Shown here piece by piece: positions 1-13,100 of a stretch of DNA of 64,000 nucleotides. The stretch lies in NCBI GenBank assembly GCA_964016885.1, contig CAXHJY010001472.1:930001-994000 (forward strand), written 5' to 3'. Source of the stretch: Eledone cirrhosa. Lineage: Eukaryota. Below the pieces are notes generated by a model. That model made no database searches. It was not told where the DNA came from and worked only from the letters and a program-made list of their open reading frames with translations. A program made the position numbers and the translations under genes. The stretch's first letter is position 1. The number at the start of each line of letters is the position of its first letter.

Positions 1-104
1 AAATTATCTCCCCTTGGACGGCTGGAAATTATCTCCCCTTGATTTTTTTACAAATTATCTGCCCCTGATTTTTTTTTTACAAATTATCTCCCCCTGATTT
101 TTTT

Positions 105-700
105 AAAAATGATCTCCCCTTGGACGGCTGGAAATGATCTCCCCTTGGCTGGTTGGAAATTATCTCCCCTTGGACCGCTAGAAATAATCTCTCCTTGGAC
201 GGCTGGAAATTATCTCCCCTTGATTTTTTTTACAAATCTCCCCCTAATTTAAAAAAAAATTATCTCCCCTTCGCTGGCTGGAAATTATCTCCCTTTGGAC
301 GGCTGGAAATTATAGCCCCTTGTAGGGCTGGAAATTATCTCCCCTTGGACGGCTGGAAATTATCTCCCCTTGATTTTCTTTACAAATTATCTCCCCCTGA
401 CTTTTTTAAAAATGATCTCCCCTTGGACGGCTGGAAATGATCTCCCCTTGGCTGGTTGGAAATTTTCTCCCCTTGGACCGCTAGAAATTATCTCTCCTTG
501 GACGGCTGGAAATTATCTCCCCTTGATTTTTTTACAAATTATCTCCCCCTGATTTTTTTTACAAATCTCCCAGTGATTTTTTAAAAAAATTATCTCCCCT
601 TCGCTGTCTGGAAATTATCTCCCCTTGGACGCTGGAAATTATAGCCCCTTGGAGGGCTGGAAATTATCTTCCCTTGGACGGCTGGAAATTATCTCCCCTT
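105..700. repeat. Diverged ~303-bp tandem sub-repeat (ATGATC module, short B block, TTCGCTGG/TATAGCCCC module, short B block)
   Basis: AAAAATGATCTCCCC...GGCTGGTTGG...GGACCGCTAG starts at 105 and again at 408. The same 303 offset separates ORFs 18712/19015, 41882/42185 and 56208/56511. Confidence 0.8.
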
Positions 701-1156
701 GATTTTTTTTTACAAATTATCTCCCCCTGATTTTTTTTTACAAATTATCTCCCCCTGATTTTTTTTACAAATTATCTCCCCCTGATTTTTTTTAACAAAT
801 TATCTCCCCTTGGACGGCTGGAAATTATCTCCCATTGGACGGCTGGAAATTATCTCCCCTTGGACGGCTAGAAATTACCTCTCCTTGGACAGCTGAAAAT
901 TATCTCCCCTTGAACGGCTGCAAATTATCTCCCCTTGATTTTTTTTACAAATTATCTCCCCTTGATTTTTTTTTACAAATTATCTCCCCCTGATTTTTTT
1001 TACAAATTATCTCCCCCTGATTTTTTTTTACAAATTATCTCCCCCTGATTTTTTTTACAAAATATCTCCCCCTGATTTTTTTACAAATTATCTCCCCCTG
1101 ATTTTTTTTACAATCTCCGCCTGATTTTTTTAAAAATTATCTTCCCTTGGCTGGCT

Positions 1157-4100
1157 GGAAATTATCTCCCCTTGGACGGCTGGAAATTATCTCCCCTTGG
1201 AAGGATGGAAATTATCTCCCCTTGGACGGCTGGAAATTATCTCCCCTTGCACGGCTGGAAATTATCTCCCCTTGGACAGCTGGAAATTATCTGCCCTTGA
1301 TTTGGTTTTTACAAATTATGTTCCCCTGATTTTTTTTACAAATTATCTCCACCTGATTTTTTAAAAAATTATCTCCCCTTGGACGGCTGGAAATTATCTC
1401 CCCTTGGTTGGAAATTATCTCCCCTTGGACGGCTAGAAATTATCTCTGTTTGGACGGCTGGAAATTATCTCCCTTTGATTTTTTTAACAAATTATCTCCC
1501 TCTGATTTTTTTTACAAATCTCCCCCTGATTTTTTTAAAAAAATTATCTCCCCTTCGCTGACTGGAAATTATCTCCCCTTGGACACTGGAAATTATAGCC
1601 CCCTGGAGGGCTGGAAATTATCTTCCCTTGGACGGCTGGAAATTATCTCCCCTTGATTTTTTTTACAAATTATCTCCCCCTGATTTTTTTTTTACAAATT
1701 ATCTCCCCCTGATTTTTTTTACAAATTATCTCCCCCTGATTTTTTTACAAATTATCTCCGCCTGATTTTTTTAAAAATTATCTTCCCTTGGCTGGCGGGA
1801 AATTATCTCCCCTTGGACGGCTGGAAATTATCTCCCCTTGGAAGGATGGAAATTATCTCCCCTTGGACAGCTGGAAATTATCTCCCCTTGGACGGCTGAA
1901 AATTATCTCCCCTTGATTTTTTTTTTACAAATTATCTCCCCCTGATTTTTTTTTACAAATTATCTCCCCCTGATTTTTTTTTTACAAATTATCTCTCCCT
2001 GATTTTTTTTTACAAATATCTCCCCTTGGCTGGCTGGAAATTATCTCCCCTTGGACGGTTGGAAATTATCTCCCCTTGGACGGCTGGAAATTATCTCCCC
2101 TTGGACGGCTGGAAATTATCTCCTCTTGGACGGCTGGAAATTATCCCCCCTTGGACGGCTGGAAATTATCTGCCCTTGATTTTTTTTTACAAATTATCTC
2201 CCCCTGATTTTTTTAAAAATGATCTCCCCTTGGACGGCTGGAAATGATCTCCCCTTGGCTGGTTGGAAATTATCTCCCCTTGGACCGCTAGAAATTATCT
2301 CTCCTTGGACGGCTGGAAATTATCTCCCCTTGATTTTTTTACAAATTATCTCGTCCTGATTTTTTTTACAAATCTCCCAGTGATTTTTAAAAAAAAATTA
2401 TCTCCCCTTCGCTGGCTGGAAATTATCTCACCTTGGACGCTGGAAATTATAGCCCCTTGGAGGGCTGGAAATTATCTTCACTTGGACGGCTGGAAATTAT
2501 CTCCCCTTGATTTTTTTTACAAATTATCTCCCCCTGATTTTTTTTTACAAATTATCTCCCCCGGATTTTTTTTTATAAATTATCTCCCCCTGATTTTTTT
2601 TAACAAATTATCTCCGCCTGATTTTTAAAAAAAAATTATCTCCCCTTAGACGGCTGGAAATTATCTCCCCTTGGACGGCTGGAAATTATCTCCCCTTGGA
2701 CGGCTAGAAATTGGACGGCTGAAAATTATCTCCCCTTGGACGGCTGCAAATTATCTCCCCTTGATTTTTTTTACAAATTATCTCCCCCTGATTTTTTTTT
2801 ACAAATTATCTCCCCCTGATTTTTTTTTACAAATTATCTCCCCCTGATTTTTTTTTACAAATTATCTACCCCTGATTTTTTTTTACAAATTATCTCCCCC
2901 TGATTTTTTTTTACAAATTATCTCCCCCTGATTTTTTTTTACAAATTATCTCCCCCTGATTTTTTTTTTACAAATTATCTCCCCCTGATTTTTTTACAAA
3001 TTATCTCCCCCTGATTTTTTTTACAATCTCCGCCTGATTTTTTAAAAAATGATCTCCCCTTGGACGGCTGGAAATGATCTCCCCTTGGCTGGTTGGAAAT
3101 TATCTCCCCTTGGACCGCTAGAAATTATCTCTCCTTGGACGGCTGGAAATTATCTCCCCTTGATTTTTTTACAAATTATCTCCCCCTGATTTTTTTTACA
3201 AATCTCCCAGTGATTTTTAAAAAAAAATTATCTCCCCTTCGCTGGCTGGAAATTATCTCCCCTTGGACGCTGGAAATTATAGCCCCCTTGGAGGGCTGGA
3301 AATTATCTTCCCTTGGACGGCTGGAAATTATCTCCCCTTGATTTTTTTACAAATTATCTCCCCCTGATTTTTTTTTACTAATTATCTCCGCCTGATTTTT
3401 AAAAAAAAATGATCTCCCCTTGGACGGCTGGAATTATCTCCCCTTGGACGGCTGGAAATTATCTCCCCTTGGACACTGGAAATTATAGCCCCTTGGAGGG
3501 CTGGAAATTATCTTCCCTTGGACGGCTGGAAATTATCTCCCCTTGATTTTTTTTACAAATTATCTCCCCCTGATATTTTTTTTACAAATTATCTCCCCCT
3601 GATTTTTTTACAAATTATCTCCCCCTGATTTTTTTTACAAATTATCTCCGCCTGATTTTTTTAAATATTATCTTCCCTTGGCTGGCGGGAAATTATCTCC
3701 CCTTGGACGGTTGGAAATTATCTCCCCTTGCACTGCTGGAAATTATCTCCCCTTGGACGGCTGGAAATTATCTCCCCTTGCACGGCTGGAAATTATCATC
3801 CCCTTGGACGGCTGAAAATTATCTCCCCTTGATTTTTTTTTTCAAATTATCTGCCCCTGATTTTTTTTTACAAATTATCTCCCCCTGATTTTTTTTTACA
3901 AATTATCTCCGCCTGATTTTTAAAAAAAAATTATCTCCCCTTAGACGGCTGGAAATTATCTCCCCTTGGACGGCTGGAAATTATCTCCCCTTGGACGGCT
4001 AGAAATTGGACGGCTGAAAATTATCTCCCCTTGGACGGCTGCAAATTATCTCCCCTTGATTTTTTTTACAAATTATCTCCCCCTGATTTTTTTTTACAAA

Positions 4101-7100
4101 TTATCTCCCCCTGATTTTTTTTTTACAAATTATCTCCCCCTGATTTTTTTACAAATTATCTCCCCCTGATTTTTTTTACAATCTCCGCCTGATTTTTTAA
4201 AAAATTATCTTCCCTTGGCTGGCGGGAAATTATCTCCCCTTGGACGGCTGGAAATTATCTCCCCTTGGCTGGAAATTATCTCCCCTTGGACACTGGAAAT
4301 TATAGCCCCTTGGAGGGCTGGAAATTATCTTCCCTTGGACGGCTGGAAATTATCTCCCCTTGATTTTTTTACAAATTATCTGCCCCTGATTTTTTTTTAC
4401 AAATTATCTCCCCCTGATTTTTTTTTACAAATTATCTACCCCTGATTTTTTTTACAAATTATCTCCCCCTGATTTTTTTTTTACAAATTATCTCCCCCTG
4501 ATTTTTTTAAAAATGATCTCCCCTTGGACGGCTGGAAATGATCTCCCCTTGGCTGGTTGGAAATTATCTCCCCTTGGACCGCTAGAAATTATCTCTCCTT
4601 GGATGGCTGGAAATTATCTCCCCTTGATTTTTCTACAAATTATCTCCCCCTGATTTTTTTTACAAATCTCCCAGTGATTTTTAAAAAAAATTTTCTCCCC
4701 TTCGCTGGCTGGAAATTATCTCCCCTTGGACGCTGGAAATTATAGCCCCTTGGAAGGCTGGAAATTATCTTCCCTTGGACGGCTGGAAATTATCTCCCCT
4801 TGAATTTTTTTTACAAATTATCTTCCCCTGATTTTTTTTTTTACAAATTATCTCCCCCTGATTTTTTTTAACAAATTATCTCCCCTTGGACGGCTGGAAA
4901 TTATCTCCCCTTGGACGGCTGGAAATTATCTCCCCTTGGACGGCTAGAAATTACCTCTCCTTGGACGGCTGAAAATTATCTCCCCTTGGACGGCTGCAAA
5001 TTATCTCCCCTTGATTTTTTTTACAAATTATCTCCCCTTGATTTTTTTTACAAATTATCTCCCCCTGATTTTTTTTACAAATTATCTTCCCTTGGACGGC
5101 TGGAAATTATCTCCCCTTGGAAGGATGGAAATTATCTCCCCTTGGACGGCTGGAAATTATCTCCCCTTGCACGGCTGGAAATTATCTCCCCTTGGACAGC
5201 TGGAAATTATCTGCCCTTGATTTTGTTTTTACAAATTATCTCCCCCTGATTTTTTTTACAAATTATCTCCACCTGATTTTTTTAAAAATTATCTCCCCTT
5301 GGACGGCTGGAAATTATCTCCCCTTGGCTGGAAATTATCTCCCCTTGGACGGCTAGAAATTATCTCTCTTTGGACGGCTGGAAATTATCTCCCTTTGATT
5401 TTTTTAACAAATTATCTCCCTCTGATTTTTTTTACAAATCTCCCCCTGATTTTTTTAAAAAAATTATCTCCCCTTCGCTGGCTGGAAATTATCTCCCCTT
5501 GGACACTGGAAATTATAGCCCCCTGGAGGGCTGGAAATTATCTTCCCTTGGACAGCTGGAAATTATCTCCCCTTGATTTTTTTTACAAATTATCTCCCCC
5601 TGATTTTTTTTTACAAATTATCTCCCCCTGATTTTTTTTACAAATTATCTCCCCCTGATTTTTTTTTACAAATTATCTCCCCCTGATATTTTTTTTACAA
5701 ATTATCTCCGCCTGATTTTTAAAAAAAAATTATCTCCCCTTGGACGGCTGGAAATTATCTCCCCTTGGACGGCTGGAAATTATCTCCCCTTGGACGGCTA
5801 GAAATTACCTCTCCTTGGACGGCTGAAAATTATCTCCCCTTGGACGGCTGCAAATTATCTCCCCTTGATTTTTTTTACAAATTATCTCCCCCTGATTTTT
5901 TTTTTACAAATTATCTCCCCCTGATTTTTTTTTTACAAATCTCCGCCTGATTTTTAAAAAAAATTATCTCCCCTTGGACGGCTGGAAATTATCTCCCCTT
6001 GGACGGCTGGAAATTATCTTCCCTTGGACGGCTAGAAATTACCTCTCCTTGGACGGCTGAAAATTATCTCCCCTTGGACGGCTGGAAATTATCTCCCCTT
6101 GATTTTTTTACAAATTATCTGCCTCTGATTTTTTTTTTACAAATTATCTCCCCCTGATTTTTTTAAAAATGATCTCCCCTTGGACGGCTGGAAATGATCT
6201 CCCCTTGGCTGGTTGGAAATTATCTCCCCTTGGACCGCTAGAAATAATCTCTCCTTGGACGGCTGGAAATTATCTCCCCTTGATTTTTTTTACAAATCTC
6301 CCCCTAATTTAAAAAAAAATTATCTCCCCTTCGCTGGCTGGAAATTATCTCCCTTTGGACGGCTGGAAATTATAGCCCCTTGTAGGGCTGGAAATTATCT
6401 CCCCTTGGACGGCTGGAAATTATCTCCCCTTGATTTTCTTTACAAATTATCTCCCCCTGACTTTTTTAAAAATGATCTCCCCTTGGACGGCTGGAAATGA
6501 TCTCCCCTTGGCTGGTTGGAAATTTTCTCCCCTTGGACCGCTAGAAATTATCTCTCCTTGGACGGCTGGAAATTATCTCCCCTTGATTTTTTTACAAATT
6601 ATCTCCCCCTGATTTTTTTTACAAATCTCCCCCTGATTTTTTTAAAAAAATTATCTCCCCTTCGCTGACTGGAAATTATCTCCCCTTGGACACTGGAAAT
6701 TATAGCCCCCTGGAGGGCTGGAAATTATCTTCCCTTGGACGGCTGGAAATTATCTCCCCTTGATTTTTTTTACAAATTATCTCCCCCTGATTTTTTTTTT
6801 ACAAATTATCTCCCCCTGATTTTTTTTACAAATTATCTCCCCCTGATTTTTTTACAAATTATCTCCGCCTGATTTTTTTAAAAATTATCTTCCCTTGGCT
6901 GGCGGGAAATTATCTCCCCTTGGACGGCTGGAAATTATCTCCCCTTGGAAGGATGGAAATTATCTCCCCTTGGACAGCTGGAAATTATCTCCCCTTGGAC
7001 GGCTGAAAATTATCTCCCCTTGATTTTTTTTTTACAAATTATCTCCCCCTGATTTTTTTTTACAAATTATCTCCCCCTGATTTTTTTTTTACAAATTATC

Positions 7101-10100
7101 TCTCCCTGATTTTTTTTTACAAATATCTCCCCTTGGCTGGCTGGAAATTATCTCCCCTTGGACGGTTGGAAATTATCTCCCCTTGGACGGCTGGAAATTA
7201 TCTCCCCTTGGACGGCTGGAAATTATCTCCTCTTGGACGGCTGGAAATTATCTCCCCTTGGACGGCTGGAAATTATCTGCCCTTGATTTTTTTTTACAAA
7301 TTATCTCCCCCTGATTTTTTTAAAAATGATCTCCCCTTGGACGGCTGGAAATGATCTCCCCTTGGCTGGTTGGAAATTATCTCCCCTTGGACCGCTAGAA
7401 ATTATCTCTCCTTGGACGGCTGGAAATTATCTCCCCTTGATTTTTTTACAAATTATCTCGTCCTGATTTTTTTTACAAATCTCCCAGTGATTTTTAAAAA
7501 AAAATTATCTCCCCTTCGCTGGCTGGAAATTATCTCACCTTGGACGCTGGAAATTATAGCCCCTTGGAGGGCTGGAAATTATCTTCACTTGGACGGCTGG
7601 AAATTATCTCCCCTTGATTTTTTTTACAAATTATCTCCCCCTGATTTTTTTTTACAAATTATCTCCCCCGGATTTTTTTTTATAAATTATCTCCCCCTGA
7701 TTTTTTTTAACAAATTATCTCCGCCTGATTTTTAAAAAAAAATTATCTCCCCTTAGACGGCTGGAAATTATCTCCCCTTGGACGGCTGGAAATTATCTCC
7801 CCTTGGACGGCTAGAAATTGGACGGCTGAAAATTATCTCCCCTTGGACGGCTGCAAATTATCTCCCCTTGATTTTTTTTACAAATTATCTCCCCCTGATT
7901 TTTTTTTACAAATTATCTCCCCCTGATTTTTTTTTACAAATTATCTCCCCCTGATTTTTTTTTACAAATTATCTACCCCTGATTTTTTTTTACAAATTAT
8001 CTCCCCCTGATTTTTTTTTACAAATTATCTCCCCCTGATTTTTTTTTACAAATTATCTCCCCCTGATTTTTTTTTTACAAATTATCTCCCCCTGATTTTT
8101 TTACAAATTATCTCCCCCTGATTTTTTTTACAATCTCCGCCTGATTTTTTAAAAAATGATCTCCCCTTGGACGGCTGGAAATGATCTCCCCTTGGCTGGT
8201 TGGAAATTATCTCCCCTTGGACCGCTAGAAATTATCTCTCCTTGGACGGCTGGAAATTATCTCCCCTTGATTTTTTTACAAATTATCTCCCCCTGATTTT
8301 TTTTACAAATCTCCCAGTGATTTTTTAAAAAAAATTATCTCCCCTTCGCTGGCTGGAAATTATCTCCCCTTGGACGCTGGAAATTATAGCCCCCTTGGAG
8401 GGCTGGAAATTATCTTCCCTTGGACGGCTGGAAATTATCTCCCCTTGATTTTTTTTACAAATTATCTCCCCCTGATTTTTTTTTACAAATTATCTCCGCC
8501 TGATTTTTAAAAAAAATTATCTCCCCTTGGACGGCTGGAATTATCTCCACTTGGACGGCTGGAAATTATCTCCCCTTGGACGGCTAGAAATTACCTCTCC
8601 TTGGACGGCTGAAAATTATCTCCCCTTGGACGGCTGCAAATTATCTCCCCTTGATTTTTTTTACAAATTATCTCCCCCTGATTTTTTTTTACAAATTATC
8701 TACCCCTGATTTTTTTTACAAATTATCTCCCCCTGATTTTTTTTTACAAATTATCTCCCCCTGATTTTTTTACAAATTATCTCCCCCTGATTTTTTTTAC
8801 AATCTCCGCCTGATTTTTTAAAAAATAATCTTCCCTTGGCTGGCGGGAAATTATCTCCCCTTGGACGGCTGGAAATTATCTCCCCTTGGAAGGATAGAAA
8901 TTATCTCCCCTTGGACGGCTGGAAATTATCTCCCCTTGCACGGCTGGAAATTATCTCCCCTTGGACAGCTGGAAATTATCTGCCCTTGATTTTGTTTTTA
9001 CAAATTATCTCCCCCTGATTTTTTTTACAAATTATCTCCACCTGATTTTTTAAAAAATTATCTCCCCTTGGACGGCTGGAAATTATCTCCCCTTGGCTGG
9101 AAATTATCTCCCCTTGGACGGCTAGAAATTATCTCTCTTTGGACGGCTGGAAATTATCTCCCTTTGATTTTTTTTACAAATTATCTCCCTCTGATTTTTT
9201 TTACAAATCTCCCCCTGATTTTTAAAAAAAAATTATCTCCCCTTCGCTGGCTGGAAATTATCTCCCCTTGGACACTGGAAATTATAGCCCCTTGGAGGGC
9301 TGGAAATTATCTTCCCTTGGACGGCTGGAAATTATCTCCCCTTGATTTTTTTTACAAATTATCTCCCCCTGATATTTTTTTTACAAATTATCTCCCCCTG
9401 ATTTTTTTACAAATTATCTCCCCCTGATTTTTTTTACAAATTATCTCCGCCTGATTTTTTTAAATATTATCTTCCCTTGGCTGGCGGGAAATTATCTCCC
9501 CTTGGACGGCTGGAAATTATCTCCCCTTGGAAGGATGGAAATTATCTCCCCTTGGACGGCTGGAAATTATCTCCCCTTGCACGGCTGGAAATTATCTCCC
9601 CTTGGACAGCTGGAAATTATCTGCCCTTGATTTGGTTTTTACAAATTATGTTCCCCTGATTTTTTTTACAAATTATCTCCACCTGATTTTTTAAAAAATT
9701 ATCTCCCCTTGGACGGCTGGAAATTATCTCCCCTTGGTTGGAAATTATCTCCCCTTGGACGGCTAGAAATTATCTCTGTTTGGACGGCTGGAAATTATCT
9801 CCCTTTGATTTTTTTAACAAATTATCTCCCTCTGATTTTTTTTACAAATCTCCCCCTGATTTTTTTAAAAAAATTATCTCCCCTTCGCTGACTGGAAATT
9901 ATCTCCCCTTGGACACTGGAAATTATAGCCCCCTGGAGGGCTGGAAATTATCTTCCCTTGGACGGCTGGAAATTATCTCCCCTTGATTTTTTTTACAAAT
10001 TATCTCCCCCTGATTTTTTTTTTACAAATTATCTCCCCCTGATTTTTTTTACAAATTATCTCCCCCTGATTTTTTTACAAATTATCTCCGCCTGATTTTT

Positions 10101-13100
10101 TTAAAAATTATCTTCCCTTGGCTGGCGGGAAATTATCTCCCCTTGGACGGCTGGAAATTATCTCCCCTTGGAAGGATGGAAATTATCTCCCCTTGGACAG
10201 CTGGAAATTATCTCCCCTTGGACGGCTGAAAATTATCTCCCCTTGATTTTTTTTTTACAAATTATCTCCCCCTGATTTTTTTTTACAAATTATCTCCCCC
10301 TGATTTTTTTTTTACAAATTATCTCTCCCTGATTTTTTTTTACAAATATCTCCCCTTGGCTGGCTGGAAATTATCTCCCCTTGGACGGTTGGAAATTATC
10401 TCCCCTTGGACGGCTGGAAATTATCTCCCCTTGGACGGCTGGAAATTATCTCCTCTTGGACGGCTGGAAATTATCTCCCCTTGGACGGCTGGAAATTATC
10501 TGCCCTTGATTTTTTTTTACAAATTATCTCCCCCTGATTTTTTTAAAAATGATCTCCCCTTGGACGGCTGGAAATGATCTCCCCTTGGCTGGTTGGAAAT
10601 TATCTCCCCTTGGACCGCTAGAAATTATCTCTCCTTGGACGGCTGGAAATTATCTCCCCTTGATTTTTTTACAAATTATCTCGTCCTGATTTTTTTTACA
10701 AATCTCCCAGTGATTTTTAAAAAAAAATTATCTCCCCTTCGCTGGCTGGAAATTATCTCACCTTGGACGCTGGAAATTATAGCCCCTTGGAGGGCTGGAA
10801 ATTATCTTCACTTGGACGGCTGGAAATTATCTCCCCTTGATTTTTTTTACAAATTATCTCCCCCTGATTTTTTTTTACAAATTATCTCCCCCGGATTTTT
10901 TTTTATAAATTATCTCCCCCTGATTTTTTTTAACAAATTATCTCCGCCTGATTTTTTAAAAAAAATTATCTCCCCTTAGACGGCTGGAAATTATCTCCCC
11001 TTGGACGGCTGGAAATTATCTCCCCTTGGACGGCTAGAAATTGGACGGCTGAAAATTATCTCCCCTTGGACGGCTGCAAATTATCTCCCCTTGATTTTTT
11101 TTACAAATTATCTCCCCCTGATTTTTTTTTACAAATTATCTCCCCCTGATTTTTTTTTACAAATTATCTCCCCCTGATTTTTTTTTACAAATTATCTACC
11201 CCTGATTTTTTTTTACAAATTATCTCCCCCTGATTTTTTTTTACAAATTATCTCCCCCTGATTTTTTTTTACAAATTATCTCCCCCTGATTTTTTTTTTA
11301 CAAATTATCTCCCCCTGATTTTTTTACAAATTATCTCCCCCTGATTTTTTTTACAATCTCCGCCTGATTTTTTAAAAAATGATCTCCCCTTGGACGGCTG
11401 GAAATGATCTCCCCTTGGCTGGTTGGAAATTATCTCCCCTTGGACCGCTAGAAATTATCTCTCCTTGGACGGCTGGAAATTATCTCCCCTTGATTTTTTT
11501 ACAAATTATCTCCCCCTGATTTTTTTTACAAATCTCCCAGTGATTTTTAAAAAAAAATTATCTCCCCTTCGCTGGCTGGAAATTATCTCCCCTTGGACGC
11601 TGGAAATTATAGCCCCCTTGGAGGGCTGGAAATTATCTTCCCTTGGACGGCTGGAAATTATCTCCCCTTGATTTTTTTACAAATTATCTCCCCCTGATTT
11701 TTTTTTACAAATTATCTCCGCCTGATTTTTAAAAAAAAATTATCTCCCCTTGGACGGCTGGAATTATCTCCCCTTGGACGGCTGGAAATTATCTCCCCTT
11801 GGACACTGGAAATTATAGCCCCTTGGAGGGCTGGAAATTATCTTCCCTTGGACGGCTGGAAATTATCTCCCCTTGATTTTTTTTACAAATTATCTCCCCC
11901 TGATATTTTTTTTACAAATTATCTCCCCCTGATTTTTTTACAAATTATCTCCCCCTGATTTTTTTTACAAATTATCTCCGCCTGATTTTTTTAAATATTA
12001 TCTTCCCTTGGCTGGCGGGAAATTATCTCCCCTTGGACGGTTGGAAATTATCTCCCCTTGCACTGCTGGAAATTATCTCCCCTTGGACGGCTGGAAATTA
12101 TCTCCCCTTGCACGGCTGGAAATTATCATCCCCTTGGACGGCTGAAAATTATCTCCCCTTGATTTTTTTTTTCAAATTATCTGCCCCTGATTTTTTTTTA
12201 CAAATTATCTCCCCCTGATTTTTTTTTACAAATTATCTCCGCCTGATTTTTAAAAAAAAATTATCTCCCCTTAGACGGCTGGAAATTATCTCCCCTTGGA
12301 CGGCTGGAAATTATCTCCCCTTGGACGGCTAGAAATTGGACGGCTGAAAATTATCTCCCCTTGGACGGCTGCAAATTATCTCCCCTTGATTTTTTTTACA
12401 AATTATCTCCCCCTGATTTTTTTTTACAAATTATCTCCCCCTGATTTTTTTTTTACAAATTATCTCCCCCTGATTTTTTTACAAATTATCTCCCCCTGAT
12501 TTTTTTTACAATCTCCGCCTGATTTTTTAAAAAATTATCTTCCCTTGGCTGGCGGGAAATTATCTCCCCTTGGACGGCTGGAAATTATCTCCCCTTGGCT
12601 GGAAATTATCTCCCCTTGGACACTGGAAATTATAGCCCCTTGGAGGGCTGGAAATTATCTTCCCTTGGACGGCTGGAAATTATCTCCCCTTGATTTTTTT
12701 ACAAATTATCTGCCCCTGATTTTTTTTTACAAATTATCTCCCCCTGATTTTTTTTTACAAATTATCTACCCCTGATTTTTTTTACAAATTATCTCCCCCT
12801 GATTTTTTTTTTACAAATTATCTCCCCCTGATTTTTTTAAAAATGATCTCCCCTTGGACGGCTGGAAATGATCTCCCCTTGGCTGGTTGGAAATTATCTC
12901 CCCTTGGACCGCTAGAAATTATCTCTCCTTGGATGGCTGGAAATTATCTCCCCTTGATTTTTCTACAAATTATCTCCCCCTGATTTTTTTTACAAATCTC
13001 CCAGTGATTTTTAAAAAAAATTTTCTCCCCTTCGCTGGCTGGAAATTATCTCCCCTTGGACGCTGGAAATTATAGCCCCTTGGAAGGCTGGAAATTATCT

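Larger units (their letters stand above)
1..6060. repeat. 6,060-bp higher-order unit (about 27 A-block/B-block cycles)
   Basis: Bases 1-~570 recur at 6061 (ORFs 153/6213 and 370/6430, offset 6060). A circularly permuted copy lies at 48347-54406. Confidence 0.85.

Noticed and set aside
23-38. NF-kB/Rel or NFAT site in TGGAAATTATCTCCCC
   Set aside because: Only a GGAAA half-site matches. It does not fit GGGRNWYYCC and is absent from B monomers.
40-110. Intrinsic or Pol III terminators at T tracts
   Set aside because: No GC-rich hairpin precedes the tracts and no transcription unit is evident.
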